Positions 1 through 9,592 of a stretch of DNA of 64,000 bases are shown here, one piece after another. The notes beneath the pieces were generated by a model. That model saw only the letters and a list, made by a program, of their open reading frames with translations, was not told the DNA's origin and made no database searches. Location: the NCBI GenBank assembly GCA_903830625.1, contig CAIKUK010000014.1, forward strand, positions 772 through 64,771, read 5' to 3'. The DNA comes from Candidatus Yanofskybacteria bacterium (GTDB lineage: Bacteria > Patescibacteriota > Minisyncoccia > 2-02-FULL-40-12 > GWA2-44-9). How positions within the stretch are numbered: position 1 is the first letter of the stretch; every line of letters starts with the position of its first letter. Position numbers and translations under genes: made by a program.

Positions 1-232
1 TGTAACGAATAGTGGCCACACGAGTTTATATGATTTTACAAAAAAAATACTGGAACTTGCGAAACTAAAAAATCAAGTTAATATTAAGGGGGTGAAGTTG
101 GCGGATTTTTCTCAAACAGCAAAACGTCCCCAATATACCATCGCAAGAAGCGTAAAATTGTCCTCGATTGGTATTAAAGCACCACGATCATGGCAAGATG
201 CCTTGTCGGCATATTTGGATGAAATAGGATGA
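1..232 (+). CDS. rmlD: dTDP-4-dehydrorhamnose reductase (RmlD), C-terminal fragment; the 5' end lies outside the window
   Basis: Frame 2 is open from nt 2 to TGA at 230-232 (...TSLYDFTKKILELAK...TAKRPQYTIARSVKLSS...APRSWQDALSAYLDEIG*). The pattern matches the RmlD C-terminal tail (TSW.D.A..I.E...; A.RP.NS.L...K; W...L...L.E). The ORF track missed it because there is no start in the window; its stop overlaps the next ATG (ATGA). Confidence 0.55.
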   Translation, partial: VTNSGHTSLYDFTKKILELAKLKNQVNIKGVKLADFSQTAKRPQYTIARSVKLSSIGIKAPRSWQDALSAYLDEIG

Positions 233-1500
233 ATAGAGTAAAATTAATTTTATTATTTTTTTTAATAACCGGCGTGAGCTCGGCGGTTTTTAATATCGGC
301 CATCCGTTTAATCTGAAGGGAGATGACAGTAATTATAATGATTATGCGACCAATCTAGTCTCGGGCAAGGGATATAGTCTTGATGGCAAGGAATTCAGCG
401 CCTTTCGGGAACCCGGTTATCCAATATTTATCGCAATCATTTACAAAGTGGCCGGAATAAACAATTTTTCAGCCGTGAGAGTTGTTCAAATTATTATTCT
501 AGGTTTAATTGGCTTATTTATCTACTTGAGTTTTGAGCTATATCAAAGAAAAAAATGGGGGACAATAGCGGGTATTACAGTTATTCTGATACCTTACTAC
601 GGTTACTATACGGGACAGCTTTTCTCCGAGCTTTTATTCTCTTTATTGTTAGTCGTCTCCTTCTATCTTTGCCTAAGAATATTAATCCGTAATTCTTCGT
701 CTATATGGTATGTTCTTCTCGGTTTAGTATTTGGGTACGCTGTTTTAGTGAGGACGCAACTATTACTATTCCCGATAGTAATCTGTCTATTTGCTATCTT
801 TATCCGTTCGTTCAGTATAAAAAAAATAGTCATACTCCTGGTAACATTTTTAATGGTCGTGATGAGCTGGGGTTCTTATGTATATCATAAAACGGGCCAT
901 TTTTATTTAACAACGTCCTATAGAACAGGCCTTAATTTCTATAACCGAGCTGACCGGGCGGGCTGGTCTTACGGGCAATTAATTTCTTATTATGGTTATT
1001 GGATATCTCGCAGTTCTAGTAATGGAGATATTGGAGATCGTATTAGCAATTATGAAGATAAACTTAAGGCCGGATATTATAATGAAATTGCTTCCGGCAA
1101 TTTACCAAATGAGATTCAGAATCGGAGTCTTAAAACAATATTTATACATTTTGACAAATACATATTTGGTAGTGGCATCGAACTGTTGAAGCTTAATTAT
1201 ATCGACCATATCTATGCGCCATCCGTGGATACGAGATATCTTCGGGTCGGATTTTATATTGTTTTGTATCTATTGTTTTTATACGGCATTATTAACTTTT
1301 TCAGATTCAAAAATACATCTCTGCAAACCATGGTGGTCCTAGCCGGCATATATTTGGTATATAATCAGTTATTGGTGTCTGCGTTTGATGCCATTCCCAG
1401 ATACAACACTCCGTATCTTGTTTTTTTTCTGCTAGTTGGTTTGGCTGGCCTAAGCTTAGTTTGGCCTCTAAATGAGCCAATAATAAAAAAACAAAAATAA
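229..1500 (+). CDS. GT-C fold membrane glycosyltransferase, family 39/83-like (ArnT/PMT_2-like)
   Basis: 423 aa polytopic membrane protein. The N-terminal pattern D..NY.DYA.NL.SGKGYS......F.REPGYP.F is typical of the PMT_2/ArnT family. Confidence 0.55.
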   Translation: MNRVKLILLFFLITGVSSAVFNIGHPFNLKGDDSNYNDYATNLVSGKGYSLDGKEFSAFREPGYPIFIAIIYKVAGINNFSAVRVVQIIILGLIGLFIYLSFELYQRKKWGTIAGITVILIPYYGYYTGQLFSELLFSLLLVVSFYLCLRILIRNSSSIWYVLLGLVFGYAVLVRTQLLLFPIVICLFAIFIRSFSIKKIVILLVTFLMVVMSWGSYVYHKTGHFYLTTSYRTGLNFYNRADRAGWSYGQLISYYGYWISRSSSNGDIGDRISNYEDKLKAGYYNEIASGNLPNEIQNRSLKTIFIHFDKYIFGSGIELLKLNYIDHIYAPSVDTRYLRVGFYIVLYLLFLYGIINFFRFKNTSLQTMVVLAGIYLVYNQLLVSAFDAIPRYNTPYLVFFLLVGLAGLSLVWPLNEPIIKKQK

Positions 1501-2285
1501 TGTCAATCGAAAGAAAAAAATCCATCTGTGTGATATTGGCCTATAACTGCGCTAATGTTTTGGAATCCACGTACAAACGAATTCCAGTCGGATCGGTTGA
1601 TGAAATTATACTTGTTGATGATTCTTCAACGGACAATACTCTTGAGGTAGCCCGGCGTCTCGGTATTCGGTTCTTTACACATGAACACTTGGGCTATGGC
1701 GGGAACGTCAAATACTCTATTAAAAAAGGGGTTGAGCTTGGGGCGGAGTATATTGTTGACCTGCATGGAGATGGCCAATATGACCCTTCGGCTATTCCCG
1801 CGGCACTTGTTAAAGCCAGCGAAGGCTATGACATGGTTCTCGGCTCCCGTTTTACTGATCTCGGGCAGCCCTTGCGAGACAATATGTCTTTTGCGCGCTA
1901 CTTTGCCAACATAGGACTTAGTGTTATAGCCCGTTTGATTTTAGGCGTGCCGTTGTCAGAATTCCATACCGGCTTTCGGATTTATTCAAAACACTTAGCA
2001 GAAACTATATCTTTTAATAATACGTCCAACGATTTTTTATTTAGCTTTGAAATTATCGCATTAGCTCGTTTTAATAATCTAAATATCGGGGAAGTGCCTA
2101 TTCGTTGTGACTATAAAGAAGAACATACATCCATTTCAATTAAAAAGTCAATTGTTTACTCGTTCCAGATGTTGAAAACTCTAGGTCTCTATCTCTTGGC
2201 AAAATCCGGTTACAGAACTAAGCTATTTATGGGTCAAAGATTGACGACCCAATATTTATATGGGGGCGATCAAAAACATATTTAA
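1500..2285 (+). CDS. Family 2 glycosyltransferase (polyprenyl-phosphate sugar synthase-like)
   Basis: 261 aa with an ILVDDSSTDNT DxD-type motif and GT-A fold hallmarks; its ATG overlaps the previous stop (TAATG). Confidence 0.75.
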   Translation: MSIERKKSICVILAYNCANVLESTYKRIPVGSVDEIILVDDSSTDNTLEVARRLGIRFFTHEHLGYGGNVKYSIKKGVELGAEYIVDLHGDGQYDPSAIPAALVKASEGYDMVLGSRFTDLGQPLRDNMSFARYFANIGLSVIARLILGVPLSEFHTGFRIYSKHLAETISFNNTSNDFLFSFEIIALARFNNLNIGEVPIRCDYKEEHTSISIKKSIVYSFQMLKTLGLYLLAKSGYRTKLFMGQRLTTQYLYGGDQKHI

Positions 2286-4095
2286 ATTGGCTAGATTAAA
2301 CGTAAAATTTTTTATTATTGAACATTGGTTCGCGTTGTTGGTCATGGTAGCCGTTGCCGGCATAGGGGGATTGCCACAAATTATAGCTAGAAATGCCCTT
2401 GGTCCAGCTGATCGAGGCATTCCATTTCTTATTAATACCGACGAAGGGTATTATTTAGGTCGGATTCATGAGATTTTAGATGGTCACACGAGCGTTTCAT
2501 CGCCGGAACTTTATGAATATAAAGATTCTATTATTTTAACCCCCGCGATGGGCGAACTGCTTTTTTATATATTACCAATGAAGCTAACTAGTCTTTCATT
2601 GTCAAACATCGTCTTTTTAAGCAGGTTTATTTTACCGGCCCTCCTTTTTTTCTTTGCCTATCTTTTTATTCTTTCTCTTTCGACTCGCTATGATTTTTGG
2701 GCACGGCTATCAGCCATCGTTGGGGCGCTTCTTATCGTGATTGGCTATGATGCCGTCGATTATCGTAATTTTATCTCAAATATTCTACATAGAACGCCAG
2801 ATTTGACTGGTCTTTTGTGGAATAGATTGGTCAATCCTATCACGGGAGGGGTAATGCTATTTGTTTTTCTATGGCTTCTTTCTCTCATCGTGAAGAGGAA
2901 AGGCCGATGGCCGGCTATTATTATTTCCGGGCTTGTTCTTTCAACTATGTCGGGTTATATTTTTTCGTTTGCCCTTGGATTAACTATTCCAGTTTTTGTG
3001 GGTCTCTATTTCGTATGGCGGAAAAATTGGCCGATGGTCTTAAGAGTTTATATTCCGGTGGCGATGGCGCTCGCCGTAAATATTTTTTATTTTGTCAGCG
3101 TTTTTTTGGCAATGAGTGGCGGAGTGCCCTTAAGTGATCCGCGTAAAGCAGGGATGTTTTTTACTCACATGCCATTAATAAACTTAATTTCACTCATTTC
3201 ACTCATCGGCGTTATTTTATGTTTTATTTTGTATTTCAGAAAAGATACTGCTCTTGAGCCAGAAAAACGCTGGTGGTTCTTTTCCCTTGCTGTAATCGTT
3301 GCCTGCGAGCTTGTCTATAATCAGCAAATTATTACAGGCCGGACTGTTTATCCCCAACATTTCGTTCAATATACAACGCCGCTTTGCATGGCCATAGGGG
3401 TAGTATTTTTGCATAATATAATCCGTCCGCGTTTAAAAAATCTGTGGCGCGTGGTCGTAATCTTTATTTTAATTATATCCGTCCTATTTGGTTGGCGGAC
3501 TCTTGGGTCTGTGCAAGCTACTATTCCGAAATATACTGAATTGCAGTCATTTTCGGGGGTCTTTGATTATCTTAATGCTAATGCTTCGAAGGATTGCGTC
3601 GTGTATGTTAGCTCCGATTATAATAATGAAATAAACCGTTTTATCAATGCGTTGACGAGCTGTAATGTTTATCATTCGTTTTATGTGTACAGTGGCGTTC
3701 CCGCTGAACGAATAATGCACAATTTTTTGGTGGATTTACGTTTGCGTGGTATTAAACCAGAAGACTTAGACAAGTATTTGAATGAAAATTCATTGTATGT
3801 GCGGGGATATTTCTTTCGAGATTGGAGAGATATGTTCGGTGAAGAAAAATGGTTGAGAACAATTGGCGACTGGGAAGAGACTAAAATCTGGCTTGCCTCG
3901 GTGGACAAGGATATAGAAAAAAGATATATAGAATATCTCAAAGGAAATCTTTATTCCGAATTAACGCGATATCGACTCGATTATTTTGTGGTTGACACGG
4001 AAAAACAGCCACAGGTAAATGATAAAAACTTTCCGTTTCTTTCTTTGAGAGGTAAGTTTGGCCAGTTTGTAGTATACGCAATAATTAAATCGTAA
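2260..4095 (+). CDS. Large polytopic membrane protein of unknown function (possible GT-C-like glycan-processing protein)
   Basis: 611 aa with more than 10 predicted TM helices in the N-terminal two-thirds and a soluble C-terminal domain; it sits in the glycan locus. Confidence 0.45.
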   Translation: MGAIKNIFKLARLNVKFFIIEHWFALLVMVAVAGIGGLPQIIARNALGPADRGIPFLINTDEGYYLGRIHEILDGHTSVSSPELYEYKDSIILTPAMGELLFYILPMKLTSLSLSNIVFLSRFILPALLFFFAYLFILSLSTRYDFWARLSAIVGALLIVIGYDAVDYRNFISNILHRTPDLTGLLWNRLVNPITGGVMLFVFLWLLSLIVKRKGRWPAIIISGLVLSTMSGYIFSFALGLTIPVFVGLYFVWRKNWPMVLRVYIPVAMALAVNIFYFVSVFLAMSGGVPLSDPRKAGMFFTHMPLINLISLISLIGVILCFILYFRKDTALEPEKRWWFFSLAVIVACELVYNQQIITGRTVYPQHFVQYTTPLCMAIGVVFLHNIIRPRLKNLWRVVVIFILIISVLFGWRTLGSVQATIPKYTELQSFSGVFDYLNANASKDCVVYVSSDYNNEINRFINALTSCNVYHSFYVYSGVPAERIMHNFLVDLRLRGIKPEDLDKYLNENSLYVRGYFFRDWRDMFGEEKWLRTIGDWEETKIWLASVDKDIEKRYIEYLKGNLYSELTRYRLDYFVVDTEKQPQVNDKNFPFLSLRGKFGQFVVYAIIKS

Positions 4096-4100
4096 AAATC

Positions 4101-5240
4101 ATGTATAAATTAACAAATTTTTATATCATATTTATATCTCTTGTCCGTTTTTTGTTTAGGGGTAAGGCTAATAAAAAACCGCAGGGCGTAAAATCGGTTT
4201 TGGTTATGCAGGCAACTCCCAACCTGGGCGATATGGTTTGTATTACGCCGGTCTTTCGGGCGATTAAGCAGAAATATCCAGACAGCAAGATCTATCTGAT
4301 GAGTAAGGGCAAGGGTGCTGAAATAATAAAAGGCAATCCATATATTGATGAATATATGTCAAGCGCAGAATCACCCTTTAAACTTATAAAAAAATTAAGA
4401 GATAAAAAAATAGATTTTGCCGTGGCCACTAATCCGAGTACTTCCGGTCTCGGTGTACTATATTTGTCCGGGATACCTTGCATAAGCTCATTCGTAATTT
4501 CAGGACCACAGAAAATTTATTCAAGGCTGTATGATATTATGATAAAATTGGTTACGCAAATACCTCTTAAGGCCGGAGTTTATATCCCAGCACAATATCT
4601 CAACCTTCTTAAACCGATTGGCATCCAAACAGATAATATACAGTTTGAGTTATTCTTTTCTAAGGAAGCAGATAAGACGGTTATGGATTTTTTGTCGGAT
4701 AATAATGTAAGTCCAAACCATGATTTCATGGTCGCTATTGCGCCGGGTGGTTCAACTGACATACGCTGGTGGGCCGCCGAAAAATATGCGGCGCTTGCAG
4801 ACTATCTTTTTAAAAAATATCAGGCAAAAATATTTTTTATAGGAGCCGGTTCAGACCGGAAACCCATCGAAGATGTGGTAAGTTTTATGGACAAGCAGAC
4901 AAAATATTTCAACCTTCTCAACCAGCCAATAGAGGAATTCAAGGCCTTTATGTCCAGGGTTAATCTAGTTATTGGCAATGACAGTGGCCCGATGACGATA
5001 GCCAAGGCCTTTAACGCGGCCCAGATGGTATTTATAGGTCCTACCGATGAACGCGAGTACCAGCTTCCTAATGGTCCGTTAAATCGTATTATAAAATCAG
5101 AAACCCGGGGCGAGCCAGTAACTAATTCGACAAATTGGATATCCTACGATGAGAAAGAAGCAAAAAGGCAGATGGCGGAAATCACACTTGAAGACGGAAC
5201 AAATGAACTCGATATTCTAATGAAAAATCTTGGCAAGTGA
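4101..5240 (+). CDS. Glycosyltransferase family 9 (ADP-heptose:LPS heptosyltransferase-like)
   Basis: 379 aa with the N-terminal GT9 signature (VLVMQATPNLGDMVCITPVFRAIKQKYPDSKIYLM) and a C-terminal GT-B half ending in GNDSGPM. Confidence 0.65.
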   Translation: MYKLTNFYIIFISLVRFLFRGKANKKPQGVKSVLVMQATPNLGDMVCITPVFRAIKQKYPDSKIYLMSKGKGAEIIKGNPYIDEYMSSAESPFKLIKKLRDKKIDFAVATNPSTSGLGVLYLSGIPCISSFVISGPQKIYSRLYDIMIKLVTQIPLKAGVYIPAQYLNLLKPIGIQTDNIQFELFFSKEADKTVMDFLSDNNVSPNHDFMVAIAPGGSTDIRWWAAEKYAALADYLFKKYQAKIFFIGAGSDRKPIEDVVSFMDKQTKYFNLLNQPIEEFKAFMSRVNLVIGNDSGPMTIAKAFNAAQMVFIGPTDEREYQLPNGPLNRIIKSETRGEPVTNSTNWISYDEKEAKRQMAEITLEDGTNELDILMKNLGK

Positions 5241-5251
5241 TGTGACGATTC

Positions 5252-5293
5252 TTGACTTTTATATGATTTTCTGGTACATTATTTTCTAGGAGG
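5252..5293 (+). promoter_or_regulatory. Sigma70-like promoter (TTGACT-N17-TACATT) plus AGGAGG Shine-Dalgarno for the Nudix gene
   Basis: ttgact at 5252-5257, tacatt at 5275-5280, aggagg at 5288-5293 lying 6 nt before the ATG at 5300. Confidence 0.45.
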
Positions 5294-5299
5294 TGGTTC

Positions 5300-5851
5300 A
5301 TGTCAGATCGTATGTCGCCTGAGCGGGTGAGGTTGCTCGCAGAATTACTCACGGAAGTATGGGGGGTCAACCAAGGTTTTGTGCCTGATCCGGCATATCG
5401 TCCCCTACAGAAGCTGGTATCGTGGGGTGCCGGGGAGGTCCTGATCGTTCGCAATGATGGACAAGAGATTCTTCTTCGACATCGGGCCGATGATTTCATC
5501 GGTTGGCACGTTCCCGGCGGATATATCCGTCCCCAGGAGTCGATTCAGGCGTTCTGTGATCGAACGGCTCTGGAGGACGCCGGCGTTCGCGGGGGCGTGG
5601 TCAATATTCGCCAGATTGCCACATTGAAGTGGCTAGATCACATATTCTCCTGGCCGTTCTGTGCGCTTTTGGTCTGCCAGACCGTTGAGCGTGTACAGGA
5701 GCGTGAAGACCTTCGTTTTTTCTCCGTTGGAGATCTCCCGTTCGCTAACATGATACATCCCAAGCACGCACTCTACCTGGAGACCTTCATCGAGTACCTC
5801 AAACATCCTGAACGCTCGTGCCCCGTTATCGGGGAGACGCTGGCACACTAG
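5300..5851 (+). CDS. Nudix hydrolase (possibly GDP-mannose mannosyl hydrolase-like, given adjacency to gmd)
   Basis: 183 aa with a Nudix-box-like segment GYIRPQESIQAFCDRTALEDAGV. It is visibly GC-richer than the flanking sequence and carries its own promoter, Shine-Dalgarno site and terminator. Confidence 0.6.
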   Translation: MSDRMSPERVRLLAELLTEVWGVNQGFVPDPAYRPLQKLVSWGAGEVLIVRNDGQEILLRHRADDFIGWHVPGGYIRPQESIQAFCDRTALEDAGVRGGVVNIRQIATLKWLDHIFSWPFCALLVCQTVERVQEREDLRFFSVGDLPFANMIHPKHALYLETFIEYLKHPERSCPVIGETLAH

Positions 5852-5872
5852 TTCAGACCCTCAACCGCCATG

Positions 5873-5915
5873 CCCGCCTGAAATTCATGGAATCTCAGGC
5901 GGGTTTTACTTTTTG
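5873..5915 (+). terminator. Rho-independent terminator
   Basis: Stem cccgcctga / tcaggcggg followed by ttttactttttg. Confidence 0.6.
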
Positions 5916-5944
5916 TGACGGGTAGTATATAATTTAAAACCACT

Positions 5945-6346
5945 ATGATTAATCAAAACTCAAAATTTTTAGTTGAGATTTCACCGGCAGAACTTATTGA
6001 TAAAATTTGTATTCTGGAGATTAAGATTGAAAAAATTACTGACCCGGAGAAGAATAGGAATGTAAAACATGAGCTCAAAGTTCTCATGGACGTCTTCAAT
6101 GCCCTCGTTTTTCCTTCTCGGGAACTCAACCAATTGATTAATAGACTGAGAGCTGCTAGCAAGCGCGGATGGGAAATTGAAGATATAAAGAGAGAGTGCG
6201 AACGAGAGAAGGATTTTGGTGATAAATTTATTGAAGCCGCCCGGGGAGCGTTCAAAAATAATGATGAACGAGCAATGATTTGGAAGGAAATCAATATGCT
6301 TTTGAAATCGAATATTGTTCAGGAAAAATCTTATGAAAAATACTAA
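5945..6346 (+). CDS. Hypothetical protein (133 aa, charged, alpha-helical)
   Basis: Intact ORF between the Nudix and gmd genes with a tataat-like box about 15 nt upstream; no family recognised. Confidence 0.45.
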   Translation: MINQNSKFLVEISPAELIDKICILEIKIEKITDPEKNRNVKHELKVLMDVFNALVFPSRELNQLINRLRAASKRGWEIEDIKRECEREKDFGDKFIEAARGAFKNNDERAMIWKEINMLLKSNIVQEKSYEKY

Positions 6347-7398
6347 AAAGAATCCGAAACAGAAAACAGCGCTTATTACTGGCGTAACTGGGCAAGACGG
6401 TTCATATCTAGCTGAATTTTTAGTTAAGAAAGGATATAAGGTTTATGGGCTCATGCGAAGAAGTAGTACGGAACCACTGTTGAGGATAGGTGAGCTTGTT
6501 TTTTCAAAAAAAAATAAAGCTTTTGACCGGTAATTTAAGAGACCTAAGCACTATCCGACTCGCCCTTGAAGAATCTAAGCCGGATGAAATATATAATCTG
6601 GCTGCTCAGTCAGATGTGGGCATATCTTTTGAGGCACCTGATGAGACCATGGAGATTAATTATTACGGCCTTGGCAGGATAGTCAACGAAGCCATGAGAA
6701 TTAATCCCGGAGTAAGAATATATCAAGCCTCTACGAGCGAGATGTTTGGAAGAACTAAACCGCCCCAGAATGAAGAGTCGCCTTTCCAGCCGGTCAGTCC
6801 CTATGCCGAAGCTAAGCTTAGAGCTCATAATGATTTTGTCGTCGGCTATAGGAATAAATACGGCTTATTTATTTGTTCCGGAATATTATTTAATCACGAG
6901 TCGCCGAGGCGTGGCAAGCATTTTGTAACTAAGAAAATAACCCACTCTCTTTCTAAAATAAAACATGGTCTTCAGGATGTTCTAACATTGGGCAATTTGG
7001 ACGCAAAAAGAGATTGGGGATATGCCGGAGATTATGTAGAAGCGATGTGGCTGATGCTTCAGCAGGATAAACCGGATGATTACGTGATAGCTACCGGCGA
7101 GAGTCACTCAGTGCGTGAATTTGTAGATGCGGCGGCCAAGGCCTTAAAAATGACTATAAAATGGAAGGGCAAGGGCTTGAAAGAGGTTGGAGTAGACGAT
7201 AAGGGAAAAGTGATTGTAGCCGTGAGCGCTAATTATTATAGACCTAATGAAGTCCATTATCTCTGCGGTGATGCCAGTAAGGCTAGGAGAGAATTTGGAT
7301 GGAAGCCGAAGTTATCTTTTGATGAATTGGTGAAACTTATGGTCGAGACGGACGAGAAAGAAGTGCGCTTCAGTAAGGCCTATAAGGAATTTATATAA
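6333..7398 (+). CDS. gmd: GDP-mannose 4,6-dehydratase, interrupted by a +1 frameshift inside an A9 homopolymer (6506-6514)
   Basis: The N-terminus ([33 protein letters not shown]) is in frame 0 and ends at 6533. The remainder ([10 protein letters not shown]...[11 protein letters not shown]...[10 protein letters not shown]...SPYAEAKL...[12 protein letters not shown]) is in frame +1 from 6490. One fewer A would give a continuous SKKIKLL that aligns with E. coli GMD PKFHLHY. Confidence 0.85.
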
Positions 7399-7416
7399 TT
7401 TAGGCAAATAAAAAAT

Positions 7417-8271
7417 TTGAAAAATATTGGTAGAAAAATAAAAAAAGGGCTCTCTCTGCTTATTAACGATCCCAAGCAATTAGTCAGATATATATCATTG
7501 TACATTATGCCTTCTTGGTTACTTAACCATCTGGGGGGACATATAGGAAAGATTGTCTTTGACTTTGATTTTGCCCTGGATTCAAACGTAAAGAAAATGT
7601 ACGCTGGTTTCTATGAGGAAAAAACGGTCAGGTTTTTTAAGCAAATATTGAAACCAGGAGATACGTTTATAGACGTAGGCAGTAATATCGGATACCTATC
7701 TGCTGTCGGTGCTAGTCTTGTTGGGAGCCAGGGACAAGTTTATTGTTTTGAGCCTGTGCCAATTTTTTTTATGCGTCTGAAACAGATGGCATCCAGAAAT
7801 CCTAGGCATAGAATTGTGGTAAATCAATGTGCTCTGGGAGATAAAGAGGGTTTTGCCAAAATCTCGATTACTAATATTAAAAATATTGGTTGGAATACAA
7901 TGGTTCCCGGTTTTATGAGTAAGGAGACAACGAGAGAGTCGGTTAAGGTGCCCATGCGAAGGTTGGATGCCTATATTAAAAAGGGCGGCATAAAGAATAT
8001 TTCCTTAATAAAAATTGACGTGGAAGGTTTTGAATTCCCGGTCTTGAGGGGACTTAGCAGTTTTTTTGAAAATAAAAACAATCGACCAGTGATTGTATGC
8101 GAGATTATCCCCTTTGCGTATCATTTGCTGGGCTATTCATTGTCTCAACTCAGTGAATATATGGAAGGTTATGGCTATAAGGCTTATGATATGGGCAATA
8201 CAAATAATGAGATAGATATTCTTGCCTTGAGGAATAACAATCATACCGATGTGGCATTTATTTGCCTATAA
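7417..8271 (+). CDS. FkbM family SAM-dependent methyltransferase
   Basis: Motifs FIDVGSNIGY, VYCFEPVP and IKIDVEGFEFPVLRGL. Confidence 0.8.
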   Translation: MKNIGRKIKKGLSLLINDPKQLVRYISLYIMPSWLLNHLGGHIGKIVFDFDFALDSNVKKMYAGFYEEKTVRFFKQILKPGDTFIDVGSNIGYLSAVGASLVGSQGQVYCFEPVPIFFMRLKQMASRNPRHRIVVNQCALGDKEGFAKISITNIKNIGWNTMVPGFMSKETTRESVKVPMRRLDAYIKKGGIKNISLIKIDVEGFEFPVLRGLSSFFENKNNRPVIVCEIIPFAYHLLGYSLSQLSEYMEGYGYKAYDMGNTNNEIDILALRNNNHTDVAFICL

Positions 8272-9529
8272 TTTCAAATTTAGGGCAGGGGACAATGAAT
8301 TTTCCTCCGTGTTGTAAGAATAATGCTTCTCTCTCTTGGAACTCATTTATGAAATGCCAAGGCAGAATTAGCAGGTAATCTGGCTTTTGCTTCCGCATCT
8401 CCTCTTCGGAATATATTGGTATATTAGTGCCGGCAGTTTTGAGCCCAAACTTAGTCGGAGATCTCTCGGCGATACCGTCAATTAATGTATAATCAAGACC
8501 GTACCACTGAAGGAGAGTGTTGCCTTTAGTAGAGGCGCCATAGGCCCAAATACTCTTGCCCTTAGCTTTTTCTTTCTTAATAAAATCTACAGTTTGTTTT
8601 TTAAGGGCCGAGATGGATTTAAAAAACTTAACATATATAGCCGACTTATCTAGGCCTAAGGTTTTCTCATGTTCCAGTAACGACTCTACTCTAAATTCAG
8701 CAACATCGCGATAGGGAGCACTGGCAAATTCAACCGGATTGGCTTTCTTTTTGCGGGCATAGACACGGAATGAGCCACCGTTAATGTCGTTTAATTGGCA
8801 ATCAACGATATTGAATCCATGCTGGTCTAGGAGGTACTTAAAAGATGTGAGACTATAGTATTCAAGATGTTCGTGTAAAATATTGTCAAAGGCGAGCTGT
8901 TTTAACATTAAGGGCATATAACTCATCTGGATAATCCAAACGCCATTATCGTCAAGAATTTGATATACATCTTTAACAAATTTGTGAGGATCTTCCAGGT
9001 CGTAGAACATGGCAATAGACGTTACGACCCGGGCTTTCTTTTTACCGTACTTACTTTTTTTGTAGGCAGTAGCAGTAAAGTAATCCTCAATGATAAGGTT
9101 GGCGTGTTTTCTGGAATGAGTGGCGTAGTCGTTTTTTGCCGGATCAAAACCAATCCGAATCAAATCTTTATCCATGAAACTGAACATCGTGCCGTCATTA
9201 CAGCCAATATCCACAAAAACATCTCCGGACTTCATCTTGGCCAATAATCTCGTAGAGATGGCAATTTGCTCAAGTTCTTGGCGCATGGTATTGCTGATGC
9301 CGGCACGGTACCAGTATTGACGGTACATATCGTCCAATGAAGCGGTATGAGCAAGCTGGACTAACCCTGATTTTGGGGCCAAACACAATTTTAGTTCTAC
9401 TTTTTCTTGCTTTGGAACTGAGTCCTTTGCGATAAAATCGGAAAGGTATAACTCACCCAAAGAGAACAAACTAACCAGTTTTTCACCGGATATTCGACAA
9501 GTTTTTCGTTCGATCACTCTAGGTTTCAT
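8258..9529 (-). CDS. Class I SAM-dependent methyltransferase, sugar C-methyltransferase-like (TylCIII/NovU-like architecture)
   Basis: About 420 aa with a central VFVDIGCNDGTMFSFMD SAM-binding motif flanked by N- and C-terminal extension domains. The ORF-track start at 9568 is probably upstream of the true MKPRV start. Confidence 0.55.
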   Translation of the reverse strand: MKPRVIERKTCRISGEKLVSLFSLGELYLSDFIAKDSVPKQEKVELKLCLAPKSGLVQLAHTASLDDMYRQYWYRAGISNTMRQELEQIAISTRLLAKMKSGDVFVDIGCNDGTMFSFMDKDLIRIGFDPAKNDYATHSRKHANLIIEDYFTATAYKKSKYGKKKARVVTSIAMFYDLEDPHKFVKDVYQILDDNGVWIIQMSYMPLMLKQLAFDNILHEHLEYYSLTSFKYLLDQHGFNIVDCQLNDINGGSFRVYARKKKANPVEFASAPYRDVAEFRVESLLEHEKTLGLDKSAIYVKFFKSISALKKQTVDFIKKEKAKGKSIWAYGASTKGNTLLQWYGLDYTLIDGIAERSPTKFGLKTAGTNIPIYSEEEMRKQKPDYLLILPWHFINEFQEREALFLQHGGKFIVPCPKFEIIGK

Positions 9530-9592
9530 AAGCCTCCATATTATTATACAAAAAAGGAAAATTAGCAATACCTAAAAACCTTGGCGGTACAG

